From contig CAMAPT010000001.1 in the NCBI GenBank assembly GCA_945860225.1, forward strand, positions 15,078-79,077: a DNA stretch of 64,000 nucleotides. The letters run 5' to 3'. A program made the position numbers and the translations under genes. Origin of the DNA: Chitinophaga pinensis. GTDB taxonomy: Bacteria; Bacteroidota; Bacteroidia; B-17B0; Aurantibacillaceae. Of this stretch, positions 40,937-50,298 are shown one piece after another (the stretch's first letter is position 1; the number at the start of each line of letters is the position of its first letter). The notes below the pieces were generated by a model. It saw only the letters and a list, made by a program, of their open reading frames with translations, had not been told where the DNA came from and made no database searches.

Positions 40937-40964
40937 AAAAGCCCTTTCAATAGAAAGGGCTTTG
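40937..40964 (-). terminator. Intrinsic terminator about 120 nt downstream of the rpsA stop
   Basis: aaagccctttcaatagaaagggcttt. On the minus strand it is followed by TTTTGGTTTTAT. Confidence 0.55.
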
Positions 40965-40974
40965 GCTCTCAAAA

Positions 40975-40998
40975 CTAAAAACCATGGCGTGTTTTTAG
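40975..40998 (-). other. Stem-loop in the rpsA 3' region (ctaaaaac / gtttttag, 8-bp stem)
   Basis: Inverted repeat read directly from the sequence. Confidence 0.4.
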
Positions 40999-41030
40999 TT
41001 AATTTAATAGAATAAATAATTTTTAAATAC

Positions 41031-41065
41031 TGGATTGAAACGATTTTATAAATAATTTCAATCCA
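41031..41065 (-). other. Stem-loop 15 nt after the rpsA stop (tggattgaaa / tttcaatcca, 10-bp stem, 15-nt loop)
   Basis: Perfect inverted repeat read directly. No T-run follows on the minus strand. Confidence 0.4.
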
Positions 41066-41079
41066 AATTATTTAACTCA

Positions 41080-42873
41080 TTATTTTTTACCGTCCATTTT
41101 ATCTTTCAAATCAGATAAAGCAGAGATATCACCTAAAGTAGTTCTCTCTTGATTATCTTTCATTTTTTTAACGGCTTTTTTTGTATCTTCAGATTCAGCT
41201 GCTTTGTTTGCTTTTTCAACCTTACGAGCTTCATCTTTCACCTCTTCGTGTAAACGAGCATGAGATACAACAATACGTTTAGATTCTTTACTAAACTCAA
41301 TTACTTTAAAGTCTAATACATCCTCTAATTTGGCAGTTGTTCCGTCAGCTTTGTTTAAATGACGAGATGGGCAAAAACCTTCAACTCCATAAGTCAAACC
41401 TACTGTAGCTCCTTTATCGTTAATTGAAGTGATTGTTCCTTGGTGAACTGAATCTAAGGTAAATACTGTTTCAAAAACATCCCATGGATTATCTTCTAAT
41501 TGTTTGTGTCCTAAAGATAAGCGACGATTTTCACCATCAATTTCTAATACAACAACATCTAGTTTATCACCTACTTTACAGAACTCAGATGGATGTTTGA
41601 TTTTTTTACTCCAAGATAAATCAGAAATATGTACCAAACCATCAACACCTTCTTCTAATTCAACAAATACACCAAAGTTTGTGAAGTTGCGAACAGTTCC
41701 TGTATGTTTGCTTCCTTTAGCATATTTATCAATAATCATATTCCAAGGATCAGGAGTTAATTGTTTAACACCTAAACTCATTTTACGCTCTTCTCTGTCT
41801 AAAGTTAAAACAACCGCTTCAACTTCATCTCCTACTTTCAAGAATTCTTGTGCAGAACGTAAGTGTTGAGACCAAGACATTTCAGAAACGTGAATTAAAC
41901 CTTCTACGCCTGGAGCAATTTCAACAAATGCACCGTAATCAGCTAAAACTACCACTTTACCTTTTACTTTATCACCAATTTTAACATCAGTAGACAAAGC
42001 TTCCCAAGGGTGAGCAGATAATTGTTTTAAACCTAAAGCAATACGTTTTTTATCATCATCAAAATCTAAAATTACAACGTTAATTTTTTCGTCTAATTTT
42101 ACAATTTCTTCAGGATGATTGATACGTCCCCATGATAAATCTGTAATATGAATTAACCCATCAACACCACCTAAATCAATGAACACACCATAAGAAGTAA
42201 TGTTTTTAACAACACCTTCCAATACTTGTCCTTTTTCTAATTTAGAAATGATATCGCGTTTTTGTGTTTCGATTTCAGCCTCAATTAATGCTTTATGAGA
42301 AACTACTACGTTTTTGAATTCATTGTTGATTTTCACAACTTTAAATTCCATTGTTTTTCCAACATAAACATCGTAATCACGGATAGGCTTCACATCAATT
42401 TGAGAACCTGGTAAGAAAGCTTCTATACCAAATACGTCAACGATTAATCCACCTTTAGTGCGACATTTAACAAAACCTTTAATAATTTCATCTGAATTAA
42501 GAGCCTCATTAACTCTATCCCAAGATTTACCAGCGCGAGCTTTTTTGTGAGATAAAATTAATTGACCGTTTGAATCCTCTGCTTTTTCAATAAAAACCTC
42601 GATAGAATCGCCAACTTTTAAATCTGGATTGTAACGAAATTCGGATAACGAAACAACACCATCTGATTTATAACCAATGTTTACAACAACTTCACGAGAA
42701 TTTTTTGAAACTACTGTACCATTCATGGTTTGAGCATCAGCAATAGTGCTTAATGTTTTTCCATACATTTCATCTAAGGCTGTACGCTCTGTTGATGAAT
42801 AATTGTCATTTTTTTTACCAATTGAACTCCAGTCAAAATCAGGATTACCAACTGTTGCATTTTTATCTGCCAT
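41080..42873 (-). CDS. rpsA: 30S ribosomal protein S1
   Basis: Six consecutive S1 (OB-fold) repeats with the recurrent G-x-V-x-x-(I/V)-x-x-(Y/F)-G-(A/V)-F-(V/I)-(D/E)-(L/I) pattern; 597 aa. Confidence 0.97.
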   Translation of the reverse strand: MADKNATVGNPDFDWSSIGKKNDNYSSTERTALDEMYGKTLSTIADAQTMNGTVVSKNSREVVVNIGYKSDGVVSLSEFRYNPDLKVGDSIEVFIEKAEDSNGQLILSHKKARAGKSWDRVNEALNSDEIIKGFVKCRTKGGLIVDVFGIEAFLPGSQIDVKPIRDYDVYVGKTMEFKVVKINNEFKNVVVSHKALIEAEIETQKRDIISKLEKGQVLEGVVKNITSYGVFIDLGGVDGLIHITDLSWGRINHPEEIVKLDEKINVVILDFDDDKKRIALGLKQLSAHPWEALSTDVKIGDKVKGKVVVLADYGAFVEIAPGVEGLIHVSEMSWSQHLRSAQEFLKVGDEVEAVVLTLDREERKMSLGVKQLTPDPWNMIIDKYAKGSKHTGTVRNFTNFGVFVELEEGVDGLVHISDLSWSKKIKHPSEFCKVGDKLDVVVLEIDGENRRLSLGHKQLEDNPWDVFETVFTLDSVHQGTITSINDKGATVGLTYGVEGFCPSRHLNKADGTTAKLEDVLDFKVIEFSKESKRIVVSHARLHEEVKDEARKVEKANKAAESEDTKKAVKKMKDNQERTTLGDISALSDLKDKMDGKK

Positions 42874-43149
42874 TCTTTAAATAATTGTATTCGGCATTCC
42901 AAGGCTACCGAAGAGGTTAATTTTAAAATTTAATTCAATTAATACCTTGATTACTAATCGGGGTGTAAATATACAACTTTAAAACAAGGCTTTTAGAGTT
43001 TTTTTGAATAAATTGTTATTGATAAAAATCAGAAATTTATTTTAAAACAATTTTTTAAATTCAAAATAAATTACATTATATTTATAGTGTAGTGCATGAT
43101 GTTTTTTTGATTTACATATCCAAAACAAATATTTACATCGAATTAAGTA

Positions 43150-43157
43150 TATTTTTG
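43150..43157 (+). promoter_or_regulatory. Candidate -7 box (TATTTTTG) for apaG
   Basis: Exact TAnnTTTG match 37 nt upstream of the ATG. No convincing -33 element seen. Confidence 0.3.
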
Positions 43158-43193
43158 TAACAAAAAATTGAATAAAAACCTTATTGTTAACGT

Positions 43194-43580
43194 ATGAATT
43201 CAATCATTACTCACGGCATAGAAATTTCGGTTAATGCTCGCTATTATGCTCCTCAATCTGACCCTAAGGACAATTTATTCTTTTTTGTATATGAAATCAC
43301 CATTTCTAATAAAAGTGAATTTACGGTTCAATTATTAAAACGACACTGGTACATTACAGATGCCTACGGAAAATGTAGAGAAATTGAAGGCGATGGTGTG
43401 GTAGGTGAAACCCCTACTTTAGAACCTGGAGAATCATTTTATTACAACAGCGGTTGTGATTTTCCGACTGAAATTGGCAAAATGAATGGTTTTTATACTA
43501 TGAAAAAATTAGTTGATCAATCTGAATTTTCAGTTATTATTCCTACGTTTTCATTAATTTTACCTGCCAGGTTAAATTGA
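43194..43580 (+). CDS. apaG: ApaG (DUF525) protein
   Basis: 128 aa. RHWYITDAYGKCREIEGDGVVGETPTLEPGESFYYNSG matches the characteristic ApaG core. Confidence 0.85.
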   Translation: MNSIITHGIEISVNARYYAPQSDPKDNLFFFVYEITISNKSEFTVQLLKRHWYITDAYGKCREIEGDGVVGETPTLEPGESFYYNSGCDFPTEIGKMNGFYTMKKLVDQSEFSVIIPTFSLILPARLN

Positions 43581-43692
43581 TTCTTAATCTTACTACTTTA
43601 TCCTACTCTTTTTGCGCTTAATTATTAAAATTTCTTTAGATAAACTTTCTTTATATGATTGTATCAGTAATAATCAGAGTCAATTAAATTTA

Positions 43693-44649
43693 TTATTTGC
43701 AAGCTGCTCGCTTCAATCGGTCATTAATAGCTAATCCTAATCCTTGTTCAGGAAGTAATTCTGCTATAATAACGTCAACATCCGACTCATCTAACTCTCT
43801 CAAAAAAGAAAACAAATTAACGGCGGCTTCACTATAATTTTTCAATAAAGACAATTCTTTCATCAATACATCACTATTATCTTTTTCAGGATAACCAAAA
43901 ACAATTGCTCCAATTTTTTTTCCGGCATAAGCATCCTTTAATAGACTTAACTGTCCAATAAGCAGCGGTTTTTTGGGGGCATAATGACTTTTTAATTGAC
44001 CTGGAGCCAATGGATTACTAGATTGATTTAACTGAATTGATACTTTACCCACAACAGATTCAATATCATCAATCGATAAACCTCCTAACCGGTAAACAAC
44101 AATCGTATCGTTTTCTTCCCCTACTATGGTCGATTCCAATCCAACATCACAATGCCCTCCATCTAAAATATAAGCTATTCTTCCCCCTAGTTGTTTCCTT
44201 ACATGTTCGGCCGTTGTAGGACTTATGTAACCAAATGGATTAGCGCTTGGTGCAGCTAAAGGAAAATCTAATTGAGATAATAAATCTAATGCTACAGGAT
44301 GATTTGGAATCCTTACTCCTACTCTACTTAAACCAGATGTCACTATATCTGGTATGGTTTGTTTTTTTGGTAACAATAGAGTTAAAGGACCTGGCCAAAA
44401 ATTTTCTGCTAATTTTAATAAAGAGGGATGTATTTCTGAAACAAAATGAGGGAGCTGATTGATTGAAAAAGTATGAACAATTAAAGGATCGAATGTTGGT
44501 CGCTCTTTGGCTTCAAAAATTTTAGCCACAGCATCAGGATTTAAAGCATTTGCGGCTAAACCATATACGGTTTCAGTAGGCATGGCAACCAAATGATTAT
44601 TGATTAAAAAATCTTTCGCTTTTGATATACTTTTTCCTATTTCTGCCAC
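43693..44649 (-). CDS. tsaC: L-threonylcarbamoyladenylate synthase, long Sua5/YwlC form
   Basis: PTETVYGLAANA, KERPTFDPLIVH, SANPFG blocks, plus a C-terminal Sua5 domain; 318 aa. Confidence 0.9.
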   Translation of the reverse strand: MAEIGKSISKAKDFLINNHLVAMPTETVYGLAANALNPDAVAKIFEAKERPTFDPLIVHTFSINQLPHFVSEIHPSLLKLAENFWPGPLTLLLPKKQTIPDIVTSGLSRVGVRIPNHPVALDLLSQLDFPLAAPSANPFGYISPTTAEHVRKQLGGRIAYILDGGHCDVGLESTIVGEENDTIVVYRLGGLSIDDIESVVGKVSIQLNQSSNPLAPGQLKSHYAPKKPLLIGQLSLLKDAYAGKKIGAIVFGYPEKDNSDVLMKELSLLKNYSEAAVNLFSFLRELDESDVDVIIAELLPEQGLGLAINDRLKRAACK

Positions 44650-44794
44650 TCGACAAATATAGGAATCTATTTCTTTTTGAATACAATTTCATATCTCTTA
44701 ACAAATAGAATTTACTGTTATTGATATAAACTTATAAATAATTCATAAAGGTAATTTTTGTATTTTAGCACCCTTTAAATTAGACTCCAAAATC

Positions 44795-47215
44795 ATGAAA
44801 ATATCTTACAATTGGCTAAAAACTTTAATTAATATTGACTTAACTCCACAACAAGTTGACGAATATCTTACTTCATCAGGATTGGAAGTAGAAGGAATGG
44901 AAATTTACGAAAGTATAAAAGGAGGTTTAAAAGGTATTGTTATTGGAGAAGTAGTTGAAAAAGAAAAACATCCGGATGCTGATAAATTAAGTGTTACCAA
45001 AGTTAATATTGGTAATCCTGATTTATTAAACATTGTATGCGGTGCGCCTAATGTTGCTGCCGGACAAAAAGTGTTAGTAGCTACCATTGGAACTAAACTA
45101 TATCCTACAAGCGGAGACGCTTTTGAAATTAAAAAATCAAAAATAAGAGGTGTATTGAGCGAAGGCATGATTTGCGCAGAAGATGAAATTGGTTTAGGAA
45201 TAAGTCATGATGGTATTTTAATTTTACCTGAGCATGCTGTTATTGGCACTCCTGCTTCAGATTTTTTCAAATTACAACAAGATTATATTTTCGACATCGG
45301 TCTAACTCCTAACAGAGCAGATGCAGCGTCTCACTATGGTATTGCAAGAGACTTAGCGGCCATCTTAAACTGCAAAAATCACACCTCAGAATTCCAAGCA
45401 AAACTTCACAACATATTTGAATTACCAACAGCTAGTAAAATTAACACCGTTGACATTCAAATTGAAAATACTGAAGCTTGCAAGAGATACAGCGGTTTAG
45501 TGATTTCTGGAATCACCGTCAAACCTTCTCCTGAATGGTTAAAAAATTATTTAATATCAATTGGATTACGTCCAATTAACAATGTAGTAGACATCACCAA
45601 TTTTGTTTTACATGATTTAGGCCAACCATTACATGCTTTTGATTTAGAAAAAATCAAGGGTAATAAAATTATTGTGAAAACAGGTTTAGAAAATGTAAAA
45701 TTCAAAACCTTGGACGGAAATGATCGAATGCTGCATCCTAATGATTTGATGATATGTAACGAAAGCGAACCTATGTGTATGGCTGGAGTATTTGGTGGTT
45801 TAGATAGCGGGGTTAATGAACAAACGACCGCTATTTTTTTAGAAGCCGCTTATTTCAATCCTTCATTCGTTCGTAAAACAAGTAAGTTACATGGTTTAAA
45901 AACAGATAGTAGCTTCCGTTTTGAACGAGGAACTGATCCGGAAATGACCATTACAGCCTTAAAACGAGCTGCTTCATTAATATTTGAATGTGCCGGAGGT
46001 AATTTAAGCATGGATGTTGTCGATATTTATCCAACAAAATTAGAGCCTTTTCAAGTAGCATTCTCCTATCATAATTGCCACTCTTTAATTGGAAAAGCTA
46101 TTGATAAAAATATTATTAAAAACATCATCACTTCGTTAGGAATAACGATAGAAAAAGAAGGTAATGATAGTTTACTATTATCTGTGCCTCAGTATAAAAC
46201 AGATGTAACCCGCGAAGCAGATGTGATTGAAGAAGTGATGCGTATTTATGGCTATAATCATATTGAAGAAAGTACCCAAATAAAATTTACAGCAAGTTTT
46301 GCTGATAGAGAAAAGGCAACTTCGGCCGAAAATACAACCGCTAATTTATTAGCCAATTTTGGATTTAATGAAATGATTGGACTTTCATTAACTAAAGAAT
46401 CGTATTATTCAAATAATCCTTCATTGGTGAAAATCTTAAATCCACTTAGCTCAGATTTAAACGTCATGAGACCATCTATGTTATTTGGCGGATTAGAATC
46501 ATTGGCTTACAATATTAACCGAAAACAAACTGATTTAAAATTATTTGAATTTGGTAGAACTTACCAGAAAACTGATAATGATTTTAAATATTCTGAAACC
46601 AAACATTTAATGTTATTGGTTACCGGCCGTAAATATGCTGAAAATCCTTATGGAGAAAATAATAAAGTAGATTTCGCCTATTTGAAAGGATGTTTGGAAT
46701 CCATTTTAAACAAACTCTCTATAAAATTTAAAACTAACGAATTATCAGACGATCAATTTGAGTACGGATTATCTTTTTATCAAAAAAATAAACTTTTGGT
46801 AAATTTTGGATTAATGAATAAAGCACTTTGTAAAAAAATGGATATCAATTCAGATGTTTTTTGTGCTGATTTTAACTGGGATCACGTTTTAGCTTTAGTA
46901 GGTAAAACAAAAACAGAATATACTGAAATACCAAAATTTCCTTCTGTTCGTCGTGATTTAGCTTTACTATTAGATAAAAAAATCTCCTATCAAGAACTTG
47001 AGGAATTGGCATTTAATTCGGAAAGAAAATTATTGAAATCCGTTAACCTATTTGATATATATGAAGGAGATAAATTAGAATCTGGAAAAAAATCTTATGC
47101 CATAAGTTTTATCTTACAAGATGAGGAAGCTACCCTAAATGATAAACAAATAGATAATGTGATGCAAAAATTGATTAAAAATTATACTGAAAAATTAGGC
47201 GCAACTTTAAGATAA
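44795..47215 (+). CDS. pheT: Phenylalanine--tRNA ligase beta subunit
   Basis: MKISYNWLK start, N-terminal tRNA-binding OB domain (HPDADKL), B3/4 and B5 domains, C-terminal FDX-ACB domain; 806 aa. Confidence 0.97.
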   Translation: MKISYNWLKTLINIDLTPQQVDEYLTSSGLEVEGMEIYESIKGGLKGIVIGEVVEKEKHPDADKLSVTKVNIGNPDLLNIVCGAPNVAAGQKVLVATIGTKLYPTSGDAFEIKKSKIRGVLSEGMICAEDEIGLGISHDGILILPEHAVIGTPASDFFKLQQDYIFDIGLTPNRADAASHYGIARDLAAILNCKNHTSEFQAKLHNIFELPTASKINTVDIQIENTEACKRYSGLVISGITVKPSPEWLKNYLISIGLRPINNVVDITNFVLHDLGQPLHAFDLEKIKGNKIIVKTGLENVKFKTLDGNDRMLHPNDLMICNESEPMCMAGVFGGLDSGVNEQTTAIFLEAAYFNPSFVRKTSKLHGLKTDSSFRFERGTDPEMTITALKRAASLIFECAGGNLSMDVVDIYPTKLEPFQVAFSYHNCHSLIGKAIDKNIIKNIITSLGITIEKEGNDSLLLSVPQYKTDVTREADVIEEVMRIYGYNHIEESTQIKFTASFADREKATSAENTTANLLANFGFNEMIGLSLTKESYYSNNPSLVKILNPLSSDLNVMRPSMLFGGLESLAYNINRKQTDLKLFEFGRTYQKTDNDFKYSETKHLMLLVTGRKYAENPYGENNKVDFAYLKGCLESILNKLSIKFKTNELSDDQFEYGLSFYQKNKLLVNFGLMNKALCKKMDINSDVFCADFNWDHVLALVGKTKTEYTEIPKFPSVRRDLALLLDKKISYQELEELAFNSERKLLKSVNLFDIYEGDKLESGKKSYAISFILQDEEATLNDKQIDNVMQKLIKNYTEKLGATLR

Positions 47216-47230
47216 TTTTATCAAAATAAT

Positions 47231-47278
47231 TTTTAGCCCCATCATTTACTAATAGATAGTGAAATGATGGGGCTAAAA
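47231..47278. terminator. Bidirectional terminator between convergent pheT and the outer-membrane gene (17-bp stem)
   Basis: ttttagccccatcattt ... aaatgatggggctaaaa. The right arm overlaps the TAG stop (47273-47275) of the minus-strand gene. Confidence 0.75.
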
Positions 47279-49414
47279 TTTTGCTCTAACTTGAAATTTC
47301 AATTCTGTTTGATGATTAGCATTAATTTGATTTAAACTTCCTTCATGTACAATCTTTTGGTTATCATAAATTGTATTTGAAATTTTTACCGATATTTCCA
47401 GTTTTCGGGTAGCGTCCCAATTTACAAGAACATAACAACGTTGACCTTTATAATAATGTGAAGGTACTGAATAGGAATAAGGAATATCATTTTCAAAAGC
47501 ATATAATCGACTATTGTAACCTTGGGTATCAAACACAGCATACCTCAACATTAAAGTTAGAGGAAAATTAATTTTCTTAAAAATAATATCTTGAACCATG
47601 ATTATACCTTCTTCTGAATTTTGAAATTTGTGAAATCCGGTATACTCAATTCTTGATTTAATTTTTATGTTTGAGGAAATTTGAGCTGTAAGATTATATC
47701 TTATATTGTACTGATCTTTAGGAGAGATATAGTCATAAAATTTATCATCGCTCACGCTTTCATATTTATGACGATGCCTATATCTAACATACATTTCAAT
47801 TTTTTTGGTTGGTAAATACGTAAGTTGTGCCAAAATATCTCTTCCTAAAGATGGCGAACTAATATTTGCTTTTAACCAACGATATTGAAAATTATCTAAA
47901 TAAGATGAAAAAGTTAAAAATTTTGACAATTTGGTCTCAAATCCTAAATACATTCCCTGTTCATTTTGAGAAACCGCACTTTCGGAAATAGAATTACTAA
48001 AAAAGTTCTGAAAATCTTTGCTATAATTTCGATAATGAGCTGAAAAAGTTAATTTCGGATCTAAGGCTATAATCAGACCATGACAAAAAGCTTTTCCACC
48101 ATTAACAGAAATCGCTGTTTCTCCAAAGATATTTACATTTTTAAAAATATAATTATAATCAATACCTCCTACAAAATTATGCTTACCCTTAAAAGCGAAT
48201 TGATTGTACAAGGTTGGTGTAGGATTTAAAGGGGAGCTAATATTCATGTTTTGAGCCGTAATTGCTAACTGTAAATTTCGTCTTCGGTATGCAGCATTAG
48301 CTCCTAAAACCGTTTGAGAAATAACTCCCTTATCTTTTATGGCAGAGTTTGTATGATGAAGCCCTCCTAAAATTAAACTACTTACCGTTTGTTCATTTTG
48401 AAAATCGGAAGTATCTATGTCGATAATATTTGCATCTATCTTTTTATGAGACAATAACCCGGTGAATTCAAAGTCTTTAAACCTTATTGTAGCGGCCGAA
48501 CCTCTAAAAAAGCGATTTTCATCAAAACTTTGATATGGTTTTATTCCAGACCTTTGTCTTTTAATAGACAAAGGTGAAGTAGATTTACCAAAAGCAAAAC
48601 CCTGCCATAAAGTTAAACCTTGTCCAAAAGTAGCTTGATAATCCCCAACAACTAAATTCTTAATGTATTTAACATTATTAATAGCAATATGCCCCCCATA
48701 AAAATCAAAACCCTGTTTTTGGGTTCCCTTAAAAAATTCTTCACCTGCATCTTTTTCGGCAGCTATAGCCCACGACACATAATTATTATACTGAAACCGG
48801 TATCGAGTAAGTATTCTACTCGGATCTCCCAAGTAAAAAAAATTAGGGTTATTGATTTTTGTTATGCTATCTGGTTTTATATATCCCGTTTGTTGTTCAA
48901 TAATCCTTTGGTATCTCTGCAAAAATTCATGCTTCCCATATTTAAACATTTCTTGCAGAGTAAAATAACCGGATTCAAAATGATCACGTACTTGTATATA
49001 TGGAAGTAATTGTTTAATGGTATTCAAATCAAAACCTTCTATACTCTGTAATTCATAAACGCATATTAATTTTCCATTTTTACAAATATGACTTATTAAG
49101 TTATTTATCTGAATATCAGAAAGTAAGGAAAGACTACTTAATTCATCAATAGAGGCATTATTTAAATTAATCGGATGTGATTTATAATAATTTAATGTTT
49201 CTGTAAGACTTGACAAATCTGTCTCATCAACCTCCATTTGTTCCGACAAGAACTCTATTTGTTGGTTAACTTGCTCGTCTATATGTTCCGTTTCTTTTGG
49301 TGTTATTGATTGGTTTTGGGCTTTTACATAACATACGTTTAGAGTAAACCAAAAAGGTAACACCAACCACCTTTTTAATTGTTTTCTTATTACTACACAA
49401 AAACTAAAATCCAT
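47273..49414 (-). CDS. Outer-membrane beta-barrel protein with N-terminal ComEA-like helix-hairpin-helix (HhH) DNA-binding module
   Basis: Signal peptide ending VKAQ. Tandem HhH-like segment INLNNASIDELSSLSLLSDIQINNLISH...LQSIEGFDLNTIKQLLPYI. About 550 aa of alternating beta-strand-like sequence ending in the aromatic OMP terminus QVRAKF. Confidence 0.7.
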   Translation of the reverse strand: MDFSFCVVIRKQLKRWLVLPFWFTLNVCYVKAQNQSITPKETEHIDEQVNQQIEFLSEQMEVDETDLSSLTETLNYYKSHPINLNNASIDELSSLSLLSDIQINNLISHICKNGKLICVYELQSIEGFDLNTIKQLLPYIQVRDHFESGYFTLQEMFKYGKHEFLQRYQRIIEQQTGYIKPDSITKINNPNFFYLGDPSRILTRYRFQYNNYVSWAIAAEKDAGEEFFKGTQKQGFDFYGGHIAINNVKYIKNLVVGDYQATFGQGLTLWQGFAFGKSTSPLSIKRQRSGIKPYQSFDENRFFRGSAATIRFKDFEFTGLLSHKKIDANIIDIDTSDFQNEQTVSSLILGGLHHTNSAIKDKGVISQTVLGANAAYRRRNLQLAITAQNMNISSPLNPTPTLYNQFAFKGKHNFVGGIDYNYIFKNVNIFGETAISVNGGKAFCHGLIIALDPKLTFSAHYRNYSKDFQNFFSNSISESAVSQNEQGMYLGFETKLSKFLTFSSYLDNFQYRWLKANISSPSLGRDILAQLTYLPTKKIEMYVRYRHRHKYESVSDDKFYDYISPKDQYNIRYNLTAQISSNIKIKSRIEYTGFHKFQNSEEGIIMVQDIIFKKINFPLTLMLRYAVFDTQGYNSRLYAFENDIPYSYSVPSHYYKGQRCYVLVNWDATRKLEISVKISNTIYDNQKIVHEGSLNQINANHQTELKFQVRAKF

Positions 49415-49428
49415 TGACTATAATTTTT

Positions 49429-50286
49429 TCAATAAGAACTGTTTGTTTTTGATTTGTTAATTGATTTTTCATGAGTTTTCAGAAAACAATAACTCAATCC
49501 TATTTGATTTGAAAATCCGAGCACGCTTTGATAGGCAGAACTCACATCTATCTTTAATCCATTATAAACAACTCCTAATCCAAATGTCATTTGAGTTGGA
49601 TAAGAGCCCACGCCTAACCTGATAAATAATAATTGAGCCGGATTATATTCTATACCCGATTTCAAATTAACCATTTTGCCGGAAATTTTTTCAGCTTCAC
49701 CTATCAGAAATAACCTATCGGACAAAATATATTGTGCACCTATTTTAAAAATAGTGGGCATTTTTTCATGATTGTAACTCTGCATTGGTGTTCTAAATGG
49801 ATTATAAATATGAGTAGCGATAACAAGCTGAGGTTGAAGTTTAACCATAAATCCGAAAGAACCCGTAAAAGCAGAAAATTGACCGTAAATATCTCCTATT
49901 CGAGTATTTAAATAATCTAAACTTAAACCGGCCGAAATAGTTTCTCCCAATTTTAATCCATAACTTAAAGATAACTGTGATTCTTTATACAATTTATAAC
50001 CCAATGAAGAATAATTAAACCCAAATGTTCCATTTTTAATTGGAGCTGTGACTGCAAATCCGGATAAGGTTAATTCTTTCATTAAAAACCGATTCTCAAA
50101 AAAAGCTCCTGCTTCAAAAGAAGATACAAATCCTAAGCCACCTTGATTGTTTCTTGTACTCCACACATCAGATAAACAAACAGAAGATTTGGCCATCGCC
50201 GATGAGCGTGCTCCTATAACACCATTGTCATTAGAAGCTACCATGACTATCGATGTAAAATAAAGGATTAATACTGCCAGCTTCAT
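49429..50286 (-). CDS. Small outer-membrane beta-barrel protein (FadL/PorV/PorQ-like N-terminal motif)
   Basis: Signal peptide. GARSSAMAKSSVCLSDVWSTRNNQGGLG resembles the GARxxxMGGAxxAxxDDxxAxxxNPAGL motif of PorV/PorQ/FadL-like barrels. Alternating-strand pattern. 285 aa. Confidence 0.5.
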   Translation of the reverse strand: MKLAVLILYFTSIVMVASNDNGVIGARSSAMAKSSVCLSDVWSTRNNQGGLGFVSSFEAGAFFENRFLMKELTLSGFAVTAPIKNGTFGFNYSSLGYKLYKESQLSLSYGLKLGETISAGLSLDYLNTRIGDIYGQFSAFTGSFGFMVKLQPQLVIATHIYNPFRTPMQSYNHEKMPTIFKIGAQYILSDRLFLIGEAEKISGKMVNLKSGIEYNPAQLLFIRLGVGSYPTQMTFGLGVVYNGLKIDVSSAYQSVLGFSNQIGLSYCFLKTHEKSINKSKTNSSY

Positions 50287-50298
50287 CGATTCGTTTTT

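Noticed and set aside
41504-41869. 121-aa plus-strand ORF inside rpsA; similar antisense or alternate-frame ORFs at 27401-27724, 48689-49009, 32689-32919, 60935-61123, 55051-55254, 55898-56170 and 58427-58624
   Set aside because: All are embedded in well-supported genes, either on the opposite strand or in another frame. Their composition is Ser/Leu/Phe/Ile-rich, as expected for AT-rich shadow frames.
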